Notes: generated by a model from the sequence alone, not told the origin. A DNA stretch of 39,110 nt from Candidatus Aminicenantales bacterium (GCA_041736225.1 JBGSUG010000405.1:1-39110); one strand, 5' to 3'. Counted from the stretch's first letter, positions 12,003 through 23,509 are shown. Numbers and translations are program-made.

Positions 12003-12716
12003 ATGAAAAGAAGCATCATTTGGCTATTGGCCCTCGGGCTCGTCCTCCCGGGTCTTCTGGCCCAGGACCGGTCCGTCCAGACGATCGATCCCGTGAGGAT
12101 CTACGACGGGACCGTCGAGCACCAGAAGACCGCTCTGGCCGCCAAGGTCTTCGAGTTCCGCTATCCCGCCAAGGACCTGGCGAACGCCATCGGCCGGTAC
12201 TTCCAGGACCGGGGAGGGAAGCTGAGCAAGGTCAAGGGGCTCACGGTCGTCTCCGGGATCCGCCTTCACGACTCCGACGACGAGGCCTACGACATCTATT
12301 ACCAGATCAAGGGCAAGGGTTCGGGGAAGAACGCGCTCTCGACCCTGGCGGTGATCCTGGCGGAGCCGGGAGAGGACATCCTGGCGCGGGGACAGGCCAC
12401 GGAGGGGGAAGCCGTCGCCGGTGCCGCGTTCCCGGCCGTGTACGAGAGCCGCGGGGCGGAAGGCTTCTTCCGGGACCTGGGGGTCTATGTCGGGGATTAC
12501 GATTACAGCCAGCTGACCGCGTCGCACGAGAAGGCGCTCCGGAAGGCCGAGAGCCGCTACGAGAGCCTGGTCAACAAGGGCCGGAGCCTGGAGAGAAAGC
12601 GGCAGTCGATCGAGCGGCAGATCACCGACAACATCGAGCAACAGAGGGAACAGGCGCGCGAGGTCGACCGGCTCGCGCTGCTTCTCGACCAGATCAGGGC
12701 CAAGCGCAGGGGCTGA
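12003..12716 (+). CDS. Hypothetical exported protein with C-terminal coiled coil
   Basis: MKRSIIWLLALGLVLPGLLAQ signal peptide and a heptad-rich C-terminus. TGTTATAAT lies 6 nt before the ATG. The longer 11310 start in the track overlaps feoB and is rejected. Confidence 0.75.
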   Translation: MKRSIIWLLALGLVLPGLLAQDRSVQTIDPVRIYDGTVEHQKTALAAKVFEFRYPAKDLANAIGRYFQDRGGKLSKVKGLTVVSGIRLHDSDDEAYDIYYQIKGKGSGKNALSTLAVILAEPGEDILARGQATEGEAVAGAAFPAVYESRGAEGFFRDLGVYVGDYDYSQLTASHEKALRKAESRYESLVNKGRSLERKRQSIERQITDNIEQQREQAREVDRLALLLDQIRAKRRG

Positions 12717-12750
12717 GCTTCCCGGCCGGCTCGGAACCGGGCCGCGTCCC

Positions 12751-14541
12751 TCAGGGGCCTTCTTCTTGGGAGTCCGGTCCGAGGCGCTCGATGACCCGTG
12801 CCGCGGCCGCGGCGCCGATGAGCGAATCGAGCTCGGCCCGCGGGGCTTTCCGGATCGCTTCCAGGCCGTCATAGCGGGCAAGAAGCGCCGTCCTCTTCTT
12901 CGGGCCGAGGCCCGGGATCCCATCGAGCAGCGACGCGAAGCTTCGCTTTTCGCGGCGGCCGCGATGGAAGGCGACGGCGAAGCGGTGGGTCTCGTCGCGG
13001 ACGGCCTGGACGAGCTTGAGGGCGGGGGAGGTCCGTTCGAGGAACAGGCCTTCGCGATGCGCGGGCGCGTACAGGATCTCCTCTTTCTTGGCGATGGAAA
13101 CGAGCGGGACGCCGGAGAGGCCGAGCGCGGCCAGCGCCTTCTCCGCCGCGCCGAGCTGCGGTTTGCCGCCGTCGACCATGACCAGGTCGGGGAGCGTCAC
13201 GCCGTCCTCGAGCATCTTGCGGTATCTCCGGGTGACGACTTCGGCGAGACTGGCCACGTCGTTCGAGCCGGCGACGGTGCGGACGAGGAACTTGCGGTAG
13301 GCCTCCTTGTCCGGACGTCCGTCCCGGAAGACGACGAGTGAGCCGACCGATTCCTGGCCCCCCGTGTTGGAGATGTCGAAACCCTCGATATGAAGCGGCG
13401 GGGCCGGCAATCCCAAAACCAGCCGAAGCGCTTCCAGCGGCCCGGCGTCCTCCGCCTGCCGGCGGAGATGGGCCTCGGCGTTCCGGCCGGCCATCTCGAC
13501 GAGCTTGAGGTTCTTGCCGCCGCGGGGGACGAGGACGCGCACCTTGGCCCAGCCGAGGAGTGCCTGGAGGCCGGTCGTTTGGGCCGGCGCGAAGGGCAGG
13601 AGGAGCCGGGGCGGCGACTCGCGGTCTTTGTAGAACCCCGCCAGGAATGCGCCCAGGACCCCGGGATCGGGCATCGCGGCCGGGACGTCCATGAGTCGCG
13701 CCTCGGAGTTGCGGATCTTGCCCTGGCGCATGAAGAAGACGTACGCGGCGGCGCGGCCGCCCGTGCGGACGATGCCGACGGCGTCCTGGTCCTCGAGGGC
13801 GGTGGAGATCGTCCGGGGCCTGTCCCGGTAGTCCTCGATCGTGCGCAGGAGGTCGCGCCAGCGAGCCGCGTCCTCGAACTTCTCTTCGGCCGCCGCCCTC
13901 TCCATTTTCCCCTTGATCGTGCGGGCCAGCTCGGGCATCCGGCCTTCGAGGAAAAGGCAGGCGGCCTCGACGCTCTCGCGGTACTCAGCCTCGGTCGGGT
14001 ACCCGACGCAGGGGGCCGAGCAGAGCTCGAGCTCGTATTCGAGGCAGGGGCGTTTCCGGTTGCGAAAGACGGCTTCCTCGCAGCCCCGGACGAGGAAGTG
14101 CTTGTTGACCAGGTGGATGGACGAGCGGGCCCGGCCGGGCGGGCTGAACGGCCCGAAATAGCGCGAGCCGTCCGGTTCGACCTTGCGGCTGAAGTAGACC
14201 CCGGGCCAAGTTTCGCCGGTCGTCACCTTGAGGTAGGGGAAGCTCTTGTCGTCCTTGAGCTTCAAATTGAACCGGGGCTGGTGCTGCTGGACGTAGTTGT
14301 TCTCGAGGAAGACCGCTTCCTTCTCGGAGCCGGTCAGAATGTAGTCGATGTCGTCCGTCTCACGGAGTATGCTGCGCACCTTGATGTCGGGATTGGCCAG
14401 AAAGTAGGAGCGGACCCGATCGCGGAGAGAGCGGGCCTTGCCGATGTAGACGACCTCGCCCGAGGCGCTCTTGAAGAAGTAGATGCCGGGCTTGGCCGGG
14501 AGGGCGGCCGCGCGCGCTTTGAGCTCGTCGAAACCGGCCAT
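12751..14541 (-). CDS. uvrC: Excinuclease ABC subunit C
   Basis: GIY-YIG (PGIYFF...YIGKA), LKDDKSFPY, IEGFDISN, DGGKPQ, RDETHRFA and HhH GIPGLGPK. Confidence 0.96.
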   Translation of the reverse strand: MAGFDELKARAAALPAKPGIYFFKSASGEVVYIGKARSLRDRVRSYFLANPDIKVRSILRETDDIDYILTGSEKEAVFLENNYVQQHQPRFNLKLKDDKSFPYLKVTTGETWPGVYFSRKVEPDGSRYFGPFSPPGRARSSIHLVNKHFLVRGCEEAVFRNRKRPCLEYELELCSAPCVGYPTEAEYRESVEAACLFLEGRMPELARTIKGKMERAAAEEKFEDAARWRDLLRTIEDYRDRPRTISTALEDQDAVGIVRTGGRAAAYVFFMRQGKIRNSEARLMDVPAAMPDPGVLGAFLAGFYKDRESPPRLLLPFAPAQTTGLQALLGWAKVRVLVPRGGKNLKLVEMAGRNAEAHLRRQAEDAGPLEALRLVLGLPAPPLHIEGFDISNTGGQESVGSLVVFRDGRPDKEAYRKFLVRTVAGSNDVASLAEVVTRRYRKMLEDGVTLPDLVMVDGGKPQLGAAEKALAALGLSGVPLVSIAKKEEILYAPAHREGLFLERTSPALKLVQAVRDETHRFAVAFHRGRREKRSFASLLDGIPGLGPKKRTALLARYDGLEAIRKAPRAELDSLIGAAAAARVIERLGPDSQEEGP

Positions 14542-14619
14542 GGCACTGATATTCTCCCCTTTGCCGACCCGAATTTCAATGATCCGAACAATGTCCCCGT
14601 CGGACGGGCCGGGCAGCGC

Positions 14620-16173
14620 CTATTGTCTATCCCTGGCATCGATGAACGCCGCCACGTCGGTCTTGAATTTCTTCAACGACGGCCCGTGGAGGTACATCAT
14701 GTGTCCCGCATCGTAATACTCGATCTCGATGTGAGAGCGGAGATCCTGACGGAGATCCAGGTGAGACACCATGAACTCGGTGGCCAGTAGCGGGGTCCCG
14801 AGGTCGAAGATGCCCTGCAGAACCAGGACGCGCAGGCCGGGATTGATCCCCATCGCATGGGCCAGATCCACGCCGGTGTTGACCATTGGCTGAGGGAGAT
14901 CGGAGCCCTCGACCTTGTGTCTGAAGTCCCAGAACTTCCAATCCGCAGTTTGTGGATAATAGGTTCTTCCTAGGCCGAAGTTAAGGTCCCGACGGAGATA
15001 ATCCAGGAACGCCGCGATGAAGGCCGGAGAGATCGCCATATCCATCGGGTCGTAGAGGGCCTTCTCTCCCAGAGGGTTGAAGGTCACACCCAGGAACCGC
15101 GCATCGAGCTGGCCCACCGTTTCCCGGCGTCCCCGCAGGAGTTCCTGGCTGAATTGCGGCATGGTCACCCTCAGGTTGGCCCTATCCAGGTAGTCGGAAG
15201 AAAGACCCGTCAGTCGATGCAGCTTCTCGATGACCGCCGCACGGTCGGCCTCAGGGAGTTCGTTGCCGAGCGCCAGGGCGTGGGCGTATTCGCCGAGGGC
15301 GAACGTGCGCGCCTCGTTCAGGAGTGGCTCGAGCTCGGACGGAGCGCCGGGAAGGACCTTGTGATACCAAGCGACGGCGGTGAAGGTCGGGAGCAAGAAC
15401 GGCCAGGACCTTTGGCCGCCAGGGTAAGCATCGGAGACCGCGAGCTCGAGATCGGTGGCCATGGAAACGAGGATCACTCCGTTGAAGGACATATATTCCA
15501 TGGTCTGCAGGTAGTCGACAACGCCGGCCGACCGGACTGTGCCGTAGCTCTCGCCTAACAGGTACTTCGGCGAGTTCCACCGCCCGTTCTCGGTGACGTA
15601 TTCCTTGATGAACCTCGAGACCGATTCGATATCGGCATCCACGCTGAAGAAATCCTTTTCCTTCGAATCCCCGACGGCGCGGCTGAAACCGGTGCCCACG
15701 GGATCGATCATGACGAGATCCGTCCTGTCGAGGATGCTGGACTCGTTGTCGACGACCTTGTAGGGCGGCGGCGGAGTGATGGCGGCTTCGGCCGTGACGA
15801 TCCGCTTGGGACCTAGGACGCCCATATGCAGCCATATGGATGCGGAACCCGGGCCGCCGTTGTAGGCGAAGGTGATCGGCCTGCGACTCGGGTCCGGGAC
15901 GTCCGTCTTGGCATAAGCGGTATAACCCATGCTGGCGTAGGGCTGGTCCTTGGCGTTGCGGACGATGAGCGTTCCCGCCGTCGCCGCGTAATTGACCATC
16001 GAGTTGCCGATGACGATCTTGTGCAGGGTCACGGATTTCTCGGCCTTCGGGGCGCCGGGCGACTCTGATTTGGCCGCGTCAACGGCTTGGCCGGCGGGGT
16101 TCGGGGCAGATATCGCCGTCGGGCCCAGGCTTGAGAACACGAGAATGAGCGCGAGGATGCTGAGCTTTTTCAT
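14620..16173 (-). CDS. Exported serine carboxypeptidase, family S10
   Basis: Signal peptide, NGGPGSAS, IDPVGTGFS, GESYG nucleophile motif, GIFDLGTP, AGHMMY. Own promoter TTGACA-17-TAGAGT at 16244-16216 (minus). Confidence 0.92.
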   Translation of the reverse strand: MKKLSILALILVFSSLGPTAISAPNPAGQAVDAAKSESPGAPKAEKSVTLHKIVIGNSMVNYAATAGTLIVRNAKDQPYASMGYTAYAKTDVPDPSRRPITFAYNGGPGSASIWLHMGVLGPKRIVTAEAAITPPPPYKVVDNESSILDRTDLVMIDPVGTGFSRAVGDSKEKDFFSVDADIESVSRFIKEYVTENGRWNSPKYLLGESYGTVRSAGVVDYLQTMEYMSFNGVILVSMATDLELAVSDAYPGGQRSWPFLLPTFTAVAWYHKVLPGAPSELEPLLNEARTFALGEYAHALALGNELPEADRAAVIEKLHRLTGLSSDYLDRANLRVTMPQFSQELLRGRRETVGQLDARFLGVTFNPLGEKALYDPMDMAISPAFIAAFLDYLRRDLNFGLGRTYYPQTADWKFWDFRHKVEGSDLPQPMVNTGVDLAHAMGINPGLRVLVLQGIFDLGTPLLATEFMVSHLDLRQDLRSHIEIEYYDAGHMMYLHGPSLKKFKTDVAAFIDARDRQ

Positions 16174-16288
16174 TTTCCCCTCTTTTTGACCGGATCCGGC
16201 CTTTGATTACCCTTGACTCTAGCCAGAGGGACGAGCCTTGTCAAGCCGGACGGGCGGCTCCCGGGCGGATATGGAGAGATCCCACGAT

Positions 16289-18285
<1,997 letters not shown>

Positions 18286-18286
<1 letters not shown>

Positions 18287-18648
18287 CACTCCTTCATGCG
18301 AATGCCGCCGGAGAACCGGGCGCCGTTGGCGATGGTGATCTTGGGGGTGACGATGTTCCCGGTCATCTCGGCCGTCTCCGAGATCACGGCCTTCTCGCCG
18401 GCCCGGACGGTGCCCTTGAGCTCGCCGTGGAGGACGAGGGAGCGGACCCGGACCTCGGCCTCGACCTTGGCGCCCTTGGCCACGGTCAGCGTGCCCGAAG
18501 GCAGGGTGATCTTGCCCTGGATGCGGCCCTCGACGACCACGTCCTCGTGGGCCTCCAGGTCCCCGGTGAGGACGATCGTCGAGCCCAGGCGGGTGCTCCC
18601 CGGGGACGGGGCCCTGTCGTTGTTCCGGTTGGCGAATTCATCGGACAT
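18286..18648 (-). CDS. Bactofilin (polymer-forming cytoskeletal protein)
   Basis: LTGDL...VVEGRIQGKI...HGELKGTV...GNIVTPKITIANGARFSG beta-helix repeats. TGATG overlap with uvrB. GGAGG RBS. Confidence 0.9.
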
Positions 18649-18742
18649 CGGCGTTCCTCCCTTTCCGGGCGTTCTCACCCGGATTATAGGGGCGGACCTT
18701 TGATATGTCCAGCGTTTGTGTTAGAATCCAGGGGCCCTGCGA

Positions 18743-18817
18743 GCGGGCATAGCTCAATGGTAGAGTACCGGCTTCCCAAGCCGGGAGTTGTGGGTTCGAG
18801 TCCCATTGCCCGCTCCA
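18743..18817 (+). tRNA. tRNA-Gly(CCC)
   Basis: GCGGGCA/TGCCCGC acceptor stem, anticodon arm CCGGC-TTCCCAA-GCCGG, GGTTCGAGTCCC T-arm, encoded CCA. Confidence 0.97.
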
Positions 18818-18830
18818 TTTTTTTTCGCCC

Positions 18831-19634
18831 ATGAAAACCTGGCATCTCATAGTCGAGAGCACGCCTCTTCCCGGCGCCCGCAACATGGCCGTGGACGAGC
18901 ACCTCTACCGCCTCGCCGAACAGGTGCCGCGGACCTTCCTGCGCTTCTACCAGTGGGAGCGCCCGACCGCATCCCTCGGATACTCGCAGGAGGCCGACAG
19001 GGTCGTCGACAGGGCTTTCTGCGCCGCCAACGGCATCGACATCGTCCGGCGCATGACCGGGGGCAAGCTCGTTCTCCACCACCGCGAGATCACCTACAGC
19101 GTGGCCTCGTCCGACGCCGGCGTTTTCACCGAGACCCTCCGCGAGTCGTACCGGCTCATCTCCCGGGCCCTCCTCAGGGGCCTGGACCTGCTGGGCATCT
19201 CCGCGCGGCTCGCCGAATCCTCCCCGCTGGCCTACGTCAAGGGGACCATGCCCTGTTTCGCCTTCGCGGCCCGCGACGAGATCGAGGCCGGAGGCAGGAA
19301 GATCGTCGGCAGCGCCCAGAAGAGGACGGGGAACGCCTTCCTCCAGCACGGCTCCATCCCGCTCGAGAAGGACGAGGCCCTCCTCGCCGCCGTGGCGCGG
19401 CCCGGCGAACCGTCGGAGAACCCCGGCATGACCTCGATCTCCGAGGCCCTCGGGCGGGCCGTCGATTTCGACGCCGCCGTCGGCCCCCTCGTCCAGGGCT
19501 TCGCCGAGCATTTCGGGGTCGGCTTCGAGCGCTACGCCCTGACCCCGGCCGATGCGGAAGCCGTCCGGGCCCTCCAGGCCTCCCGCTACGGGGCCGACGA
19601 ATGGACCTTCCGGAAGCGTCCCGGTTCCCGTTGA
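18831..19634 (+). CDS. Lipoate-protein ligase / octanoyltransferase family (LplA/LipM-like)
   Basis: NMAVDE, LRFYQW, SLGYSQ, VRRMTGG, KIVGSAQ, LQHGSI. Confidence 0.9.
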   Translation: MKTWHLIVESTPLPGARNMAVDEHLYRLAEQVPRTFLRFYQWERPTASLGYSQEADRVVDRAFCAANGIDIVRRMTGGKLVLHHREITYSVASSDAGVFTETLRESYRLISRALLRGLDLLGISARLAESSPLAYVKGTMPCFAFAARDEIEAGGRKIVGSAQKRTGNAFLQHGSIPLEKDEALLAAVARPGEPSENPGMTSISEALGRAVDFDAAVGPLVQGFAEHFGVGFERYALTPADAEAVRALQASRYGADEWTFRKRPGSR

Positions 19635-19683
19635 CATTCTCCCCGGACCGGGGCTACACTCGGCTCGAAGTGAGGTCGACGCC

Positions 19684-20583
19684 ATGAACGAAGTGGAAGA
19701 ACTCTCCAAGCTCGATCCGGCCGGGCTGCCCCCGCTCAAGCCGATCCTTCTCGACGACCTATACCAGGGCGTCCTCAAGAACCTGCACCTCGAGCTCGGC
19801 AGCGGGCCCGTGCTCTACCTACTCTCGCCGAGCTATTCCGTCCTCAACCCGACCCCGGACGAGGGCATCACCGAGTTCATCACCCGCAACGAGACGCTCC
19901 TCGACTACCTCAAGGAAGCCATCGTCCAGAACCTGGCCGAATACTCCGTGCTCGTCGACATCAGCAGCTACTTCATCGAGCAGAACAACGGCCTCGTCCT
20001 GGCCCGGCTCCGCGAACGCGACTCCGAGGGACGGCGCTTCGAGATCCAGTTCTACACCCACTCGCCCCAGGAGCTCCTGTCCCGCTACGAGGACAAGATC
20101 TACATCGGCCGGGACTTCGTCGACCTGTTCACCCCCGTCCGCAAGTACTTCGGCCTCAAGGACGTCGTCGTCTCGCTCAAGGCCCAGTTCGAGCGGCTGT
20201 CCGAGCGGGCCGGGTCCAAGCTGAGGAAGGCCCAGGACTTCGGCTCCTACTTCCAGGAGATCGGCGATTCGGTGGGCGAGCTCCACAACGAGGGCCTGCT
20301 CGTCCTGCAGAGCTTGCCGCCGCACCTCGATTTCGCCAAGCTCTCCGGCAAGGACCTCATCGAAATCAACGCCCAGTACCGGACGATCAACCACTACGTC
20401 ATCGAGCTCCACGACACGGTGGCCGAGTTCGAGAACCTGCTCCGCTTCAAGGAGCGCTCGGACTTCGTGCGCTACGTCACCAAGTACAAGAAGGACGTGA
20501 CCAACCTGATCTCGTTCTTCAACATCAAGGTCAACGGGGTCATCGGTCCGCGCATCCACGCCTGCCGGGCGAAACACAGCTAA
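19684..20583 (+). CDS. Hypothetical protein, no family recognised
   Basis: 299-aa ORF with strong host codon bias. Promoter TTGACA (19631-36), 18 bp, TACACT (19655-60). GAGG RBS. Followed by a T-tailed hairpin. Confidence 0.8.
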   Translation: MNEVEELSKLDPAGLPPLKPILLDDLYQGVLKNLHLELGSGPVLYLLSPSYSVLNPTPDEGITEFITRNETLLDYLKEAIVQNLAEYSVLVDISSYFIEQNNGLVLARLRERDSEGRRFEIQFYTHSPQELLSRYEDKIYIGRDFVDLFTPVRKYFGLKDVVVSLKAQFERLSERAGSKLRKAQDFGSYFQEIGDSVGELHNEGLLVLQSLPPHLDFAKLSGKDLIEINAQYRTINHYVIELHDTVAEFENLLRFKERSDFVRYVTKYKKDVTNLISFFNIKVNGVIGPRIHACRAKHS

Positions 20584-20789
20584 TCGCTGCCGGCCTTTTT
20601 GAAGAGACGTCCTCTGCTCTGCTTTTTGCTCGGGAATCTCCTCTGGCTCCCCGGCCCCCCTGGAACCAGTTCGGTCGGTTCCCCCCACCTGCGGTGGGCC
20701 CCCCCTCCGCCACGGGGATCTGCGAGGAGATATCCCTCGCCGCTTCGCATCGGACGTCGAACGGAAACAGCGGGCATAAATACCAGGGG

Positions 20790-20847
20790 AGGGACCAGGT
20801 CTTCGCAAACCTGCCTGTCAGCCTCGATCTGAGAAGACCTGGTCCCT
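20790..20847. repeat. REP-like palindrome
   Basis: Perfect 15-bp inverted repeat AGGGACCAGGTCTTC (20790-20804) / GAAGACCTGGTCCCT (20833-20847). Confidence 0.65.
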
Positions 20848-20870
20848 TCCGGAAGTCGATCCGGCACAAT

Positions 20871-20900
20871 AAAAAAGGCCGGCCCTGGCGGGGCCGGCCT
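20871..20900 (-). terminator. Intrinsic terminator of the ECF-DUF4097 operon
   Basis: Minus strand AGGCCGGCCCC-GCCA-GGGCCGGCC-TTTTTT, just downstream of the DUF4097 stop. Confidence 0.85.
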
Positions 20901-20921
20901 GGCGTATCGCGCGGAAAAAAT

Positions 20922-22244
20922 CTAAAACTTGCGGGAGCCTTCCTTGATGCGGATGTCGTCGTACGTCGTGGAGAGCGTGATCAGGGGGGCCCCGGCGTTC
21001 GCCGTGAAGGCCTTGACCAGGGCCTCGCCGTTCGTCGTATCGACGTCCGGCTTCTCCGCAAGGCCCCAGGATACGGCGCCGCCCCTGGAGCGGGCTTCGA
21101 GCCGGGCGACATCGCCCGACGGCCAGAAGAGGTCGATCGTGCCGTATTCGTTGGCGACGTCCATGCCGTGTTTGAGATCGAGCGGCCGGAGCGTCACGCC
21201 GCCGTTGCGGCAGACGACCTTGAGCGCGGCCGAGAAATCCGACAGGAGGACGGGCTCGTAGGACGTCGTGACCGAGATCTCGGAGCCGGCCACGCCCGCG
21301 GCTTCGACGGCCGCATTGTGGGCATCGACCACGAAGTTCCCCTGGATATCCCGGGCCACGACCTTTTCATAGCTCGTCCGGACCTCGAGGTCGCCCCGGA
21401 CCTTCTCCGCATAGACGGCCATGTTGTTCCCGATGACGACGGCCGGGCCGACGTCGGTCAGGGAAACCTTCTCGTAGGACGTCTCGACGGCGACCGCGCC
21501 GGCGACCCGCTTGGCGTCGATATCGACGTTCGAGCCGCGCAGATCGGCCTTGCCCCCCGCGTCCTCGACCCGGATGCGGGCGTAGCTCGTCTCGATCCGC
21601 AGGTCGCCCGTGACCGAGACGGCCCGGACGTCGGCGTGGCTGTTGATGAGGCGGCACTCGCCCTTGACGCTCTGGACCTCGAGGTCGTCGTAGCTCGTCT
21701 CGAGCGTGCACGGCCCGTCGACGTTCGTGGCGTAGAGCTCACCGTGGCGGTTGGCGACCGTCGCTTCTCTGACCCCGTCGACGCGGACGACGCCGTAGCC
21801 GTTGGTGATGTGGACGGTCATGGCCCGGGGAACGGTCAGGACGAAGCCCGTCTCGAAGTTCTTCCGGCGGAACTCGTCCCGGTTGGTCTTCAGCGTCAGC
21901 TTGTCCGCCGCCGCCGCCAGCTCGTACTTGATCCGGCCGGCGATGTCTTTCGCTTCTTCCTCGTTCCTACGCCAGACGACCTTCTTGAATGTCAGCCGGA
22001 CGTCGGTTTGGTCCGTGCCGCGGACCTCGACCCAGCCGTTGCCGTTGGCGATCTCGATCGCCGGCGGCAGGGGAGCCTCGATCGTCCGGGTCTCCTCCAC
22101 GGCGTACTCGCGGCCGACGAAGCCGAAGTCGTCCCCCCAGTGCCAGTCCATGTCATCGAGGTCCCATTTCCCCGTTTTGAACTGGAAGAGGACGAGCCCC
22201 GCCAGGATCAGAACGGCGACGAGGAAGACCTCTTTAAATTTCAT
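20922..22244 (-). CDS. DUF4097 beta-strand-repeat membrane-anchored protein
   Basis: N-terminal TM followed by repeated V.GDL.I.TSY..I units. Confidence 0.85.
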   Translation of the reverse strand: MKFKEVFLVAVLILAGLVLFQFKTGKWDLDDMDWHWGDDFGFVGREYAVEETRTIEAPLPPAIEIANGNGWVEVRGTDQTDVRLTFKKVVWRRNEEEAKDIAGRIKYELAAAADKLTLKTNRDEFRRKNFETGFVLTVPRAMTVHITNGYGVVRVDGVREATVANRHGELYATNVDGPCTLETSYDDLEVQSVKGECRLINSHADVRAVSVTGDLRIETSYARIRVEDAGGKADLRGSNVDIDAKRVAGAVAVETSYEKVSLTDVGPAVVIGNNMAVYAEKVRGDLEVRTSYEKVVARDIQGNFVVDAHNAAVEAAGVAGSEISVTTSYEPVLLSDFSAALKVVCRNGGVTLRPLDLKHGMDVANEYGTIDLFWPSGDVARLEARSRGGAVSWGLAEKPDVDTTNGEALVKAFTANAGAPLITLSTTYDDIRIKEGSRKF

Positions 22245-22458
22245 GGGTCTTGTCCGGGCCGGGCTTCTCGGAGAGCTCGTTGCGCTCCTTGAGCCCGAGC
22301 CAGAGCTTGTTGGCGCCCCAGACGATCAGGATGACGGGCCAGAAGCGCCAGACCTGGTCGAAGACGTCGATGTCGAACTGCTCGAGCAGGAAGATCCCCC
22401 CGACGACGATCAGGATGATGCCCCAGAGCAGAGAGCCGCTTTTCTTTTGATTCGCCAT
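22234..22458 (-). CDS. DUF5668 / LiaI-LiaF-like small membrane protein
   Basis: WGIILIVVGGIFLL...WRFWPVILIVWG. Confidence 0.85.
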   Translation of the reverse strand: MANQKKSGSLLWGIILIVVGGIFLLEQFDIDVFDQVWRFWPVILIVWGANKLWLGLKERNELSEKPGPDKTHEI

Positions 22459-22470
22459 GTGAAGCCTCCG

Positions 22471-22968
22471 TTACTTGCCGTTCTTGGACTTGGCCACCGC
22501 GTCGACCACGAGCTTGAGCCCGAGGACGATGACCGCGACCGGCCAGAAGTCGAACAGCGTGTCGTAGTTGATGATCTCGAAATTGGACAGGATGAGCAGG
22601 CCGCCCAGGGCGATGAGGACGATGCCCCAGAAGATGGAGCCCTGGGAGGGGATCTCGGGCAGGCCCTGGCTCACGGCCGTGGACGGGGCCTGGCCGGCGG
22701 CGGCCGCGTTGATGGCCCGGGCCGACTGGATGTTGTCGAAGAACTGGTAGATGATGAACCCGGCCAGGACGAGCCCGATGAAGGGCTGCCCGCCGCCGCG
22801 GTCCTGCATGTGGACGAGCCCGGCGAAAATGATCAGGTGGAGCAGGGCTTTGGTGTACTGCCCGTTGTAGAGGGCGCCGACGCCGAACGGGAACATCCCC
22901 AGGACGCCGGCGAACCCCGGCGACTTCTGCGGCCTCTGCGGAACGACTTTGTTGTCTTCCATTCTCAT
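22471..22968 (-). CDS. Membrane protein with C-terminal DUF5668 domain
   Basis: KSPGFAGVLGMFPFGVGALYNGQ N-terminal TMs, then WGIVLIALGGLLIL...FWPVAVIVLG. Confidence 0.8.
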   Translation of the reverse strand: MRMEDNKVVPQRPQKSPGFAGVLGMFPFGVGALYNGQYTKALLHLIIFAGLVHMQDRGGGQPFIGLVLAGFIIYQFFDNIQSARAINAAAAGQAPSTAVSQGLPEIPSQGSIFWGIVLIALGGLLILSNFEIINYDTLFDFWPVAVIVLGLKLVVDAVAKSKNGK

Positions 22969-22984
22969 ACCTCCGTAAGAGATT

Positions 22985-23509
22985 TCATTGTTTCTTTTCG
23001 TCTCCCCCGGGCAGGCCCAGGGTGTTGAACGACTTGACCACGTTGGCCGACAGGGCCCGGATCTCGCCCTTGAGACCCCCGGCGTCGGCGTAGAGCTTCT
23101 CGACCGCGCCGATGCTGCGGTGGAACTGGACGTCGATCGCCTTCCGGATGCCGCGTCCCTCCGGATGGAAAAGGACGAACGACAGGACGATGAGCGCCGC
23201 GGTGGAGGCGGCGTAGACCGGCTGGAGGGCCGGACGGCCCATCCACTCGAAGGCCGTCCGGAAGAAGCGCTTCTTTGCGGCCTTGGCGGCCTTCTCCTCC
23301 GGGATGCCGTAGAGCCGGGCCATCAGGCCGGCCGAGGGCTCGGCTTCGGGGAATCCGGCCGTCGCCGTCATCGTCTCCCTCATCAGGCCGAGGAGCGCGG
23401 CGCAATCCGCGCACCCGGCGATATGGGCGTCGACCTCGGCCCTCTCCGCGGCGGAGAGCCCGGCCTCGAGATAGGCCGAAAGGAGTTCTTCGATCCGTTC
23501 GCAGGTCAT
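22985..23509 (-). CDS. Zinc-binding anti-sigma factor (zf-HC2, RsiW-like)
   Basis: MTCERIEELLSAYLE...HIAGCADC (HxxxCxxC) and one TM. ATGA overlap with the sigma gene. Confidence 0.88.
   Translation of the reverse strand: MTCERIEELLSAYLEAGLSAAERAEVDAHIAGCADCAALLGLMRETMTATAGFPEAEPSAGLMARLYGIPEEKAAKAAKKRFFRTAFEWMGRPALQPVYAASTAALIVLSFVLFHPEGRGIRKAIDVQFHRSIGAVEKLYADAGGLKGEIRALSANVVKSFNTLGLPGGDEKKQ

Noticed and set aside
20589-20883. 12-bp long-range inverted repeat GCCGGCCTTTTT / AAAAAGGCCGGC as MITE ends
   Set aside because: Each half is explained as the 3' arm and T-tail of a terminator for one of the convergent genes, and no target duplication was seen.
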